Assembly (NCBI RefSeq): GCF_000307265.1
Contig: NZ_DF158896.1
Location: forward strand, 1-21,314
Length of the DNA: 21,314 nt
Source of the DNA: Oscillibacter ruminantium GH1
GTDB taxonomy: Bacteria > Bacillota > Clostridia > Oscillospirales > Oscillospiraceae
Direction of reading: 5' to 3'
Positions 15,659 to 21,314 of this stretch are shown one piece after another (the first letter of the stretch is position 1; every line of letters starts with the position of its first letter). The position numbers were made by a program, and so were the translations under genes. The notes under the pieces are model-generated. The model saw only the letters and a list, made by a program, of their open reading frames with translations. It searched no databases and was not told the DNA's origin.

Positions 15659-16493
15659 GCTGCACCTCCTTTGTCACCTTGTTAAGCAGAGAAGAAAACA
15701 ATTCCCGGTATTCCTCATTTTTATTAACGGCGATTTCCGCATTTGAGTTCAAGGTTCCAAGTTCATTGTCAAATGGAATCCTGCCTAAAATCTTAATATT
15801 TTTTTCCAAACAAAACTTCTCAGCAGGATTTTCTCCTTCCAAACATTTGTTAAGAATCACCCCATATGGCCTGTTAAATAACTTGACCAGTTCGTATACC
15901 ATGTTGAGGTTATGAACACCAAACAATGTCGGCTCAGCCACCAGTATGCAATAGTCCGCATCTTTGATGCTCTCCATCACGATACAAGCACTTCCTGGTG
16001 GACAGTCGATAAATGTTTGCTTATTTACTTCCGAACTTTCCTCAAGTAGCTTTTTTATGATAGGAATACCCGTAGCTTCACCGGTGTTCAATACTCCTGT
16101 CCATACCGCCACTTCGCCAGAAACCCCTTTTTTAATTTTGCCAATAACCTTTGCTTTCTCTGTTAGTGCACTTTCAGGACAAACCAAGATACAGCCACCG
16201 CAGGAGTGGCACACATCGTCAAAGACAATCAGTTTGTTTTTAATATAGGCAAGGGCGTTAAAGTTGCAAAATTCAACGCATTTTCGACATCCATTGCATA
16301 ACTCATGATCAACTTTTGGAATCTTTACTGATATTTCTTCCACCTGAACCCCTTCAGGCTTAAAAAACAGATGTCCATTCGGCTCTTCTACATCACAGTC
16401 TATATATGTGGATGCTTTCGCTGCCGCAGCTAAATTCACCGATACCAGTGTTTTTCCTGTGCCGCCCTTGCCGCTTAGCACAGCTATTCTCAT
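15636..16493 (-). CDS. Second MinD/ParA-type ATPase with a 4Fe-4S ferredoxin insert (paralog of the previous gene)
   Basis: MRIAVLSGKGGTGKT... plus CNGCRKCVEFC...CHSCGGCILVCP. The start was moved to the internal ATG at 16493, 1 nt after the upstream stop; the track start at 16556 would overlap by 62 nt. Confidence 0.75.
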   Translation of the reverse strand: MRIAVLSGKGGTGKTLVSVNLAAAAKASTYIDCDVEEPNGHLFFKPEGVQVEEISVKIPKVDHELCNGCRKCVEFCNFNALAYIKNKLIVFDDVCHSCGGCILVCPESALTEKAKVIGKIKKGVSGEVAVWTGVLNTGEATGIPIIKKLLEESSEVNKQTFIDCPPGSACIVMESIKDADYCILVAEPTLFGVHNLNMVYELVKLFNRPYGVILNKCLEGENPAEKFCLEKNIKILGRIPFDNELGTLNSNAEIAVNKNEEYRELFSSLLNKVTKEVQHETTTNP

Positions 16494-16494
16494 A

Positions 16495-16863
16495 TTAATT
16501 GCCCCCGTGCCCGTGAAATCCGGCATGAAATTCATCCAGCAAAGGTAATTTCCCATCTATAAAAGCATCAATATTATCTTTGGCTGAACCGGTTATCGTT
16601 TTATAAATTTTGATTTCAGCGGGTTTTAGCACTTCAGCAGCATTTTCTCCTAAGCGGGGAGTGAGTAAAACATCTGCTTTGTTATCAACTATTATTTGTG
16701 CAGCTTTAATCCCTGCACCTCCTGTGCTTGCCGCTGCACTGTTGTCAATAAATATACTTTCCTTAGTTTCTACATCGTAAATAAGAAAATAGGGAGTACG
16801 TCCAAATGACACACATACATTCGACTCCAAGGTTTTCTCATCTACTGGAATTGCTATTTTCAT
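16495..16863 (-). CDS. NifX/NifB-like FeMo-cofactor-binding-domain protein
   Basis: [30 protein letters not shown]... of the PF02579 family. Confidence 0.7.
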   Translation of the reverse strand: MKIAIPVDEKTLESNVCVSFGRTPYFLIYDVETKESIFIDNSAAASTGGAGIKAAQIIVDNKADVLLTPRLGENAAEVLKPAEIKIYKTITGSAKDNIDAFIDGKLPLLDEFHAGFHGHGGN

Positions 16864-17248
16864 AAGAATCCTCCGTTCTATTTTTGTTTAAATAATTCTC
16901 AATTGCGTTGCGTAGCGCACTCACACCTAAATTTGAGCAATGAACCTTATTTTCAGGAAGTCCATCTAAAGCCTGGATAATGTCTTCTTCCGTAATATTC
17001 AATGCTTCCTCTAAGGTTTTACCCTTTGCTAATACCGATGTCATACTGGATGTTGCAATTGAAGCACAACAGCCAAACACAAGATAGCTGATTTCATCTA
17101 CACGATTATCTTTTACCTTTAAATAAACGGTCAAATAATCTCCGCAGGAAGGATCCCCGTAGTCTCCCTCGGCATCTGCATCGGGCATACTATGAGTATT
17201 TTGCGGACACATAAAATGCTCAATTACTTTTTCTGAATATATAATCAA
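16838..17248 (-). CDS. NifU/IscU-like Fe-S cluster assembly scaffold (N-terminal domain type)
   Basis: Conserved Cys triad context (PSCGDY...VFGCCAS...HCS). Confidence 0.65.
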   Translation of the reverse strand: MIIYSEKVIEHFMCPQNTHSMPDADAEGDYGDPSCGDYLTVYLKVKDNRVDEISYLVFGCCASIATSSMTSVLAKGKTLEEALNITEEDIIQALDGLPENKVHCSNLGVSALRNAIENYLNKNRTEDSYENSNSSR

Positions 17249-17622
17249 CCACCTCGATCCGTGTCATCTGTAAAGCATCGACCACGCCTATGCCTATGAC
17301 AGCCGCGACCACAACCATTCCCCAACCCTTCACAAAGCCGATATTCGCCACCCTCAATCAGTAACACCTTTCCATTTACTAAAGATTCAGCCAGCTTTTT
17401 TCTGGCTTCAATGTAAATGCCTTGAACAGTGCTACGAGCAATATTCATTTGCTTGGCACACTCTTCTTGAGTAAAGCCTTCCAAATCGATAAGTCTTATG
17501 GTCTCATACTCGTCTACAGTCATGTTTACATGGTTTTCTGTGTCGGCAGGTGAATCAAGAGGCCCAAATCTATTGCTTTCAGGCAAACAGCAAACTTTTC
17601 TCCACTTCATCGGTCTCGCCAT
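17245..17622 (-). CDS. DUF134 (UPF0251) predicted DNA-binding protein with a C-terminal Cys/His-rich tail
   Basis: [56 protein letters not shown] matches DUF134. RBS ggaggtga. Confidence 0.7.
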   Translation of the reverse strand: MARPMKWRKVCCLPESNRFGPLDSPADTENHVNMTVDEYETIRLIDLEGFTQEECAKQMNIARSTVQGIYIEARKKLAESLVNGKVLLIEGGEYRLCEGLGNGCGRGCHRHRRGRCFTDDTDRGG

Positions 17623-17685
17623 AATTCATCACCTCCATCCTAATCAGAAATAACCAGAGCGTCCTCCGGTTATCCCTGATGCCCG

Positions 17686-17964
17686 TTATAGGTTCTCCAT
17701 TTGCTTTTCAATAACTTCAAGTCGATCTTGCAACATGGCTTTCTGTTCATTCAGCAGCTCTTTTTGTGTTTTTGAGGAGGTCTGATTAATCGCAGAACCC
17801 CTACCAAAACCGCGACCGAAACCGCGTCTGCAAGCAAGTCCAAGGCCTAATCCCATTCCGAGACCAGCTCCGTACTTTACTACATTAGCACCTGTGCAAA
17901 GCCCTAATCCTCTTCCAGTCATTGATCCCGCACCCATTGGGCCGGTTCCATCCCTTCTTGGCAT
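17686..17964 (-). CDS. DUF5320-type small protein (Gly-rich N-terminal part plus a C-terminal coiled coil)
   Basis: MPRRDGTGPMGAGSMTGRGLG... Start moved to the internal ATG at 17964, which follows the RBS aaggaggtg by 7 nt. Confidence 0.65.
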   Translation of the reverse strand: MPRRDGTGPMGAGSMTGRGLGLCTGANVVKYGAGLGMGLGLGLACRRGFGRGFGRGSAINQTSSKTQKELLNEQKAMLQDRLEVIEKQMENL

Positions 17965-18008
17965 AATATTCACCTCCTTATGGTTTGTGGCATATGCCAT
18001 CTATTCTT

Positions 18009-18036
18009 ATTATACCCCGTTTATGTCATATGTCAA
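18009..18036 (-). promoter_or_regulatory. Near-consensus sigma-70 promoter (TTGACA-16-TATAAT) driving the minus-strand nif-like operon
   Basis: On the minus strand: TTGACA (18036-18031), a 16-nt spacer, and TATAAT (18014-18009). It is followed by a strong RBS before the DUF5320 gene. Confidence 0.7.
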
Positions 18037-18193
18037 TAACTTTTTGAAATAATTAAAAAAGCTGCCAATCTATAGTTTTGATTAATAATTTTGTGAACTG
18101 GAGGCAAAAATACAAACTATATACTTAAATATTTTGATGGGTTATAATAATAAAGATTAGCAGGCCGGTCCCACAAGATAAGGAGCCAGCTTG

Positions 18194-18266
18194 CTCTTTT
18201 CATCACATCCCCAAAATCGTCCAGGGTATCCTTGCAAAAAGATGGTGAGCGAATTTTAATTTTCAT
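18194..18266 (+). repeat. Intergenic repeat copy 4 (core plus the 3' tail ...ggtgagcgaattttaattttcat), fused to the promoter/IR module
   Basis: ctcttttcatcacatccccaaaatcgtccagggtatccttgcaaaaagatggtgagcgaattttaattttcat. Its first 31 nt match copy 5 at 30 of 31 positions. Confidence 0.85.
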
Positions 18267-18294
18267 CTTGCTCTTCTCCTTTCTGTTTAGTCAA

Positions 18295-18323
18295 TTGAAA
18301 CAAGCTCTTTACTATGGTAAAAT
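18295..18323 (+). promoter_or_regulatory. Sigma-70 promoter TTGAAA-17-TAAAAT for the GGDEF gene (duplicate of the 7445-7473 module)
   Basis: TTGAAA-caagctctttactatgg-TAAAAT. ctttactatggtaaa is shared with copy A's promoter. Confidence 0.6.
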
Positions 18324-18335
18324 TAGAAAAAAGTA

Positions 18336-18365
18336 CTACCGTGCAAAATCTTTGCAAAACGGTAG
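18336..18365 (+). promoter_or_regulatory. Inverted repeat CTACCGT-N16-ACGGTAG (perfect 7-bp arms) 13 nt downstream of the -10; candidate operator or leader stem
   Basis: Same geometry as 7487-7515. The spacer is itself palindromic (gcaaaatctttgcaaaa). Confidence 0.55.
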
Positions 18366-18436
18366 CTAAGACACATTGTACATATAAGGTGGATTTTCGA
18401 GTAAAATATTTAATTTAAAATAAGGAAGGGTTTATT

Positions 18437-19510
18437 GTGATAAAAGACCTATTTATAAATATGACCATTCTCATAAGTTTCATAAGTTTAGGAGGCCAAG
18501 TCGCAAAAAAGCATAATTATGAAGAAAATAATAGTCTAAGGACAAAAATCATTATTGGAACGATATTAGGTACTTTGGGCTGCTTTCTCATGCTGTTTAG
18601 CGTCAAAGTCAATGACAATACAATTATTGATTTTAGAAATATAGCCATAGTTATATCAGCACTTTTCGGGGGGCCTATACCTATTTTTATTACCACTGCA
18701 CTAATCGCTGTTTTTAGAGTAGCATACTTTGGGGTTAACATCGCTTCCCTTATAGGAGTTGTTGCAGCAGTCTTAAATTCTTTTGGCTGTTGGTACATAG
18801 CGAGGCGTAATATTAAAACATGGAGAAAGTGGGTTTACTCAATAATTTATGTTTTAGTTGTTGCAACCATAGCACTTTTTCTAATACTGGGAAACAGAAG
18901 TGACTTTCTTATAATAATATCTATATATTGGATTTCGTTCTGCTTAGTTTCAGCAATAATATATTGGTACATTAAATACAGCCTTGCCGCAAACAGATTA
19001 TTTAATAGACTACAGAAGGAATCTACCAAGGATTTTCTTACAGGTCTAAATAATGTTAGACAATTTGACTTTGTTTTTAACAGCACCATGAAAAATGCTC
19101 TTAATAAGGAAGAAAGCCTTTCTTTGTTAATGGTGGATATTGATTTTTTTAAAAAAGTTAATGACACCTACGGACACATGGAGGGGGATATTGTATTGAA
19201 AGAGTTGGGGAAAATATTATCTGAAAACTGCAGGCATTTTGATGAAGTTTCCAGAAATGGCGGTGAAGAATTTTCAGTGCTACTTCCCGATTGCGCCTAC
19301 CCGCGGGCAATGCAAATAGCGGAACGAATAAAAGATGCTGTTAAAAATCATTCTTTCACATTATCTACAGGTGTGCAAATTCAAATTACTATTTCAATAG
19401 GAGTTGCGTCATACCCTGAAACCATACAGGATATTGAAAAACTTATGGAGAAGGCAGACACGGCACTGTATGCTGCGAAGCGATCGGGGAGAAATAGGGT
19501 TTGTTCATAA
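18437..19510 (+). CDS. Membrane sensor diguanylate cyclase. The N-terminal ~190 aa form a 5-6 TM sensor (5TMR-LYT-like); the C-terminal part is a GGDEF domain with an intact GGEEF active site and an RxxD I-site.
   Basis: GTG start after aaggaaggg. LSLLMVDIDFFKKVNDTYGH...RHFDEVSRNGGEEF... Confidence 0.8.
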   Translation: MIKDLFINMTILISFISLGGQVAKKHNYEENNSLRTKIIIGTILGTLGCFLMLFSVKVNDNTIIDFRNIAIVISALFGGPIPIFITTALIAVFRVAYFGVNIASLIGVVAAVLNSFGCWYIARRNIKTWRKWVYSIIYVLVVATIALFLILGNRSDFLIIISIYWISFCLVSAIIYWYIKYSLAANRLFNRLQKESTKDFLTGLNNVRQFDFVFNSTMKNALNKEESLSLLMVDIDFFKKVNDTYGHMEGDIVLKELGKILSENCRHFDEVSRNGGEEFSVLLPDCAYPRAMQIAERIKDAVKNHSFTLSTGVQIQITISIGVASYPETIQDIEKLMEKADTALYAAKRSGRNRVCS

Positions 19511-19525
19511 GTTCCCATTTGTAGA

Positions 19526-19565
19526 GCAAGGCGAACCCGGCTTCAAGGGTTCGCCTTGCTCTTTG
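19526..19565 (+). terminator. Strong hairpin (14-bp perfect stem agcaaggcgaaccc/gggttcgccttgct) after the GGDEF gene
   Basis: Seen in the sequence. The 3' tail ctttgcatc overlaps the start of repeat copy 5. Confidence 0.6.
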
Positions 19566-19589
19566 CATCACATCCCCAAAATCGTCCAG
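19559..19589 (+). repeat. Intergenic repeat copy 5, truncated after CGTCCAG at 19589 (only the first 31 nt of the core)
   Basis: ctctttgcatcacatccccaaaatcgtccag matches copy 4. The sequence diverges completely from 19590 onward, which coincides with the GC shift. Confidence 0.8.
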
Positions 19590-19604
19590 ATACGGCTCTA
19601 TACA

Positions 19605-20285
19605 ATGTCGGCAGAACAGGACAATGACTTTGCTGCATACCGGCTCGGCAAGCTGTATCTTGGCGGTGAGGGCGTGCTGAAGGATGTGGAGTCCGCCATT
19701 CTCTGGCTGACCTTTGCCGCCGACAGAAAGAACCAATTTGCTGAATATGCCCTCGGCGTCCTCTACTTCAAGGGGGAGGATGTTCCGAAGGATGTCCCCA
19801 AAGCTCTGGAATACCTGAAACGGTCTGCCGGTCAGGGTAATCAGTTTGCACAGTACCGGCTGGGCAAGATTTATCTTATGGGCGAGGATATGCCAAAGGA
19901 TATTCAGACTGCCCTGCAATTTCTGACGGCTGCCGCTGAACAGGGAAATCAGTATGCGCAATACACCCTCGGCAAGCTGTATCTGATGGGAAAGGATGTT
20001 CCGAAGGACAAGGAAACTGCTGTCCGCTGGTTTACCTTATCGGCAGAGCAGGGCAACATTTACGCTCAGTTTTTCCTCGACCATATGGACGATTTCAAAG
20101 ACCCCTCTGTCCTGCTGGCGGGAACACGGCTCCTGCATCACATGAGCCGTGTTTTTGCGGACAACGCTCCGCCGCTGAAACCGCCCGGTCAGCGAACCGA
20201 CCGCAAGCTCCTCCGCAAGCTTCGTGAGAAAAAGCAGGCGCAGGGCCATGCGAGGGATGACCATGAGCAAACCATGTCATTATAA
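19605..20285 (+). CDS. Sel1-repeat (TPR-like) protein with a basic C-terminal tail
   Basis: At least 5 Sel1 units (AxYxLGxxYxxGxGVxKDxxxAxxWxxxAAxQGN). ATG 19605 has a weak RBS, so the start is uncertain. The upstream extension in the track overlaps the GGDEF gene and was rejected. Confidence 0.6.
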   Translation: MSAEQDNDFAAYRLGKLYLGGEGVLKDVESAILWLTFAADRKNQFAEYALGVLYFKGEDVPKDVPKALEYLKRSAGQGNQFAQYRLGKIYLMGEDMPKDIQTALQFLTAAAEQGNQYAQYTLGKLYLMGKDVPKDKETAVRWFTLSAEQGNIYAQFFLDHMDDFKDPSVLLAGTRLLHHMSRVFADNAPPLKPPGQRTDRKLLRKLREKKQAQGHARDDHEQTMSL

Positions 20286-20365
20286 CGATTGGAGGATAAC
20301 CGTGAAGAAACAGAAAAAGAAAATCAAACAGCCACCCATCAAGGGAAAATTGCTCCAAAGCCAAT

Positions 20366-20394
20366 GCCGTCCTGTAAAAAGGGCGGCTTTTTTT
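20366..20394 (+). terminator. Rho-independent terminator (gccgtcc-N8-gggcggc, then 7 T)
   Basis: Seen in the sequence, between the Sel1 gene and the primase gene. Confidence 0.6.
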
Positions 20395-20432
20395 CATAGA
20401 ATCGGCACTCGCCATAGATAGGAGGTACGCCC

Positions 20433-21314
20433 ATGGGTGTATATGTGCATTTTACGGATGACCAGAAATACCGTGCCAATAATGTGGACCTTGTGGACTT
20501 TCTCCAGCGGCAGGGCGAGAAGCTGATCTCCAGCGGTCGGGATAAGCGGCTGGCTTCTGACCGCAGTATCACTGTCCGGGGAAACGAGTGGTACGATCAC
20601 TCCGCAGAGAGCGGCGGGTATGCCATTGATTTCGTGCGGAAGTTCTACGAATGCTCTTATCCCGAAGCCGTCACTCTACTGCTGGGCGGTGAGCAGGGCG
20701 AGATTTACAGACCGGCGCAGGAAAAGAAGCAGGAGCCGAAAAAGCCCTTTGCGCTCCCACCGGCGCATACGGATATGCGCCGAGCCTATGCCTATCTGGT
20801 AAAAACCCGGCACATCGGCCGGGAGGTGGTCAGCTTCTTTGCAAAGAAGAAGCTCCTCTATGAAAGCTGCGAAAAATCGAAGGATGGCATGAAGGAATAC
20901 CATAACGCCGTGTTTGTGGGCTTGGATGAAAACGGAGTTGCCCGTCATGCGCACAAGCGCGGAATTTACACCTTGGGGCAGGCGTTTAAAGGAAATGTGG
21001 ACGGCTGCGATCCCCGGCACAGCTTTCACTGGCTTGGCGAAAGTGAGCATCTGTATGTTTTTGAAGCGCCGGTGGATATGCTGTCGTTTATCACCCTGCA
21101 CCCACAGGACTGGCAGCGGCACAGCTATGTGTCCCTCTGCGGCGTCGGCGATCAGGCAATGCTGTGGATGCTGGAACAGTACCCGCAGCTCCGGCAGGTC
21201 TCGCTATGCTTGGATAACGATGAAGCCGGACACAAAGCAAGCGAACGGCTGAAACAGCAGCTTGAGGAACAGGGGTATACATCCGAGCGGCTCACTTCAC
21301 AGGGGAAGGACTGG
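20433..21314 (+). CDS. DUF3991 plus Toprim domain protein (conjugative-element primase-like, Tn916/Tn1549-family ICE type), 3'-partial at the window end
   Basis: RBS aggagg 6 nt upstream. Hand translation shows 294 codons with no stop through 21314. The N-terminal region and the Toprim-like motifs (YVFEAPVDMLS...LCLDNDEAG) resemble ICE DUF3991/Toprim proteins. The ORF is absent from the track because it has no stop. Confidence 0.7.
   Translation, partial: MGVYVHFTDDQKYRANNVDLVDFLQRQGEKLISSGRDKRLASDRSITVRGNEWYDHSAESGGYAIDFVRKFYECSYPEAVTLLLGGEQGEIYRPAQEKKQEPKKPFALPPAHTDMRRAYAYLVKTRHIGREVVSFFAKKKLLYESCEKSKDGMKEYHNAVFVGLDENGVARHAHKRGIYTLGQAFKGNVDGCDPRHSFHWLGESEHLYVFEAPVDMLSFITLHPQDWQRHSYVSLCGVGDQAMLWMLEQYPQLRQVSLCLDNDEAGHKASERLKQQLEEQGYTSERLTSQGKDW

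Larger units (their letters stand above)
19590..21314 (+). mobile_element. Left end of a GC-rich integrative/conjugative element (partial); it appears to have inserted into the intergenic repeat
   Basis: Abrupt loss of repeat homology and a GC shift at 19589/19590. Sel1 and DUF3991-Toprim genes are typical ICE content. Confidence 0.5.

Noticed and set aside
7249-18266. Small ORFs inside the repeat copies (minus-strand MKKSVRHPFARILWTILGM, MKIKIRSPT and the 49-aa MKIKIRSPSFCKDTL...; a plus-strand 47-aa ORF in copy A)
   Set aside because: The reading frames are not conserved between copies (stops and indels), so the element is non-coding.
7249-19589. Integron attC sites or CRISPR array as explanations for the repeat family
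   Set aside because: The ends show no R'/R'' GTTRRRY-type core sites and the window has no intI. The copies are irregularly spaced (0.7-5.6 kb) and differ in length, so they are not a CRISPR array.
19404-19604. Upstream extension of the Sel1 ORF (track start 19404)
   Set aside because: It overlaps the 3' end of the GGDEF gene and its terminator hairpin. The translation there is incoherent, so the start was moved to ATG 19605.
20676-21282. Minus-strand ORFs 20676-21122 and 21091-21282, and plus-strand ORFs 20620-20802 and 20914-21252
   Set aside because: They overlap the long uninterrupted DUF3991/Toprim frame (20433 to the window end), which has a strong RBS and a coherent product.

Overview
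This window reads as a mosaic accessory region from a Firmicutes (Clostridia-like) chromosome, with three compositional blocks. All calls were made by eye from the sequence and the six-frame ORF track; no search or folding tool was run, so family assignments are motif-based and should be confirmed. (1) Positions 1-4735, GC about 55-60%: a cluster of five tRNA genes (Asn-Met-Trp-Asp-Thr) with an internal promoter and tandem terminators. This is followed by a 5'-truncated WYL-domain gene, an unusual tRNA-like structured element with no anticodon arm, and a translationally coupled SPFH(band-7)-RtcB RNA-ligase pair. After these come a Pol-beta-type nucleotidyltransferase that looks frameshifted. 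(2) Positions 4735-19590, GC about 40-47%: AraC regulator, VOC/glyoxalase-fold protein and a phage Gp37/Gp68-like DUF5131 protein. Next is a small ABM-like protein, then an arsenic resistance operon (arsR-arsP-ferredoxin/DUF2703-CcdA fragment-thioredoxin-like-acr3-arsC). On the minus strand sits a 9-gene nif-like operon (NifX-like x2, Mrp/NBP35, two MinD-type ATPases with 4Fe-4S inserts, MBL hydrolase, NifU-like scaffold, DUF134, DUF5320) driven by a near-consensus sigma-70 promoter. The last gene of the block is a 5TM-sensor GGDEF diguanylate cyclase. These gene blocks are separated by five same-orientation copies of a previously unrecognised repeat with a ~46-nt core (ACATCCCCAAAATCGTCCAGAGTATCCTTGCAAAAGGATGGCGAACGG). 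Two of the copies carry a ~120-nt 5' extension with a 10-bp hairpin. Two copies are fused to a conserved outward promoter plus a CTACCGT-N16-ACGGTAG inverted repeat. (3) Positions 19590-21314, GC about 55-58%: the fifth repeat copy is cut off after 31 nt exactly where GC-rich DNA begins. That DNA carries a Sel1-repeat protein and a DUF3991/Toprim primase-like gene typical of Firmicutes conjugative elements (Tn916/Tn1549-like ICE), which runs off the window end. The most interesting leads are the repeat-delimited cassette-like array with its portable promoter/operator module, the anticodon-less tRNA mimic next to rtcB (possibly Y-RNA-like), the SPFH-RtcB-nucleotidyltransferase RNA-repair module, and the uncharacterised Fe-S/nif-like operon.
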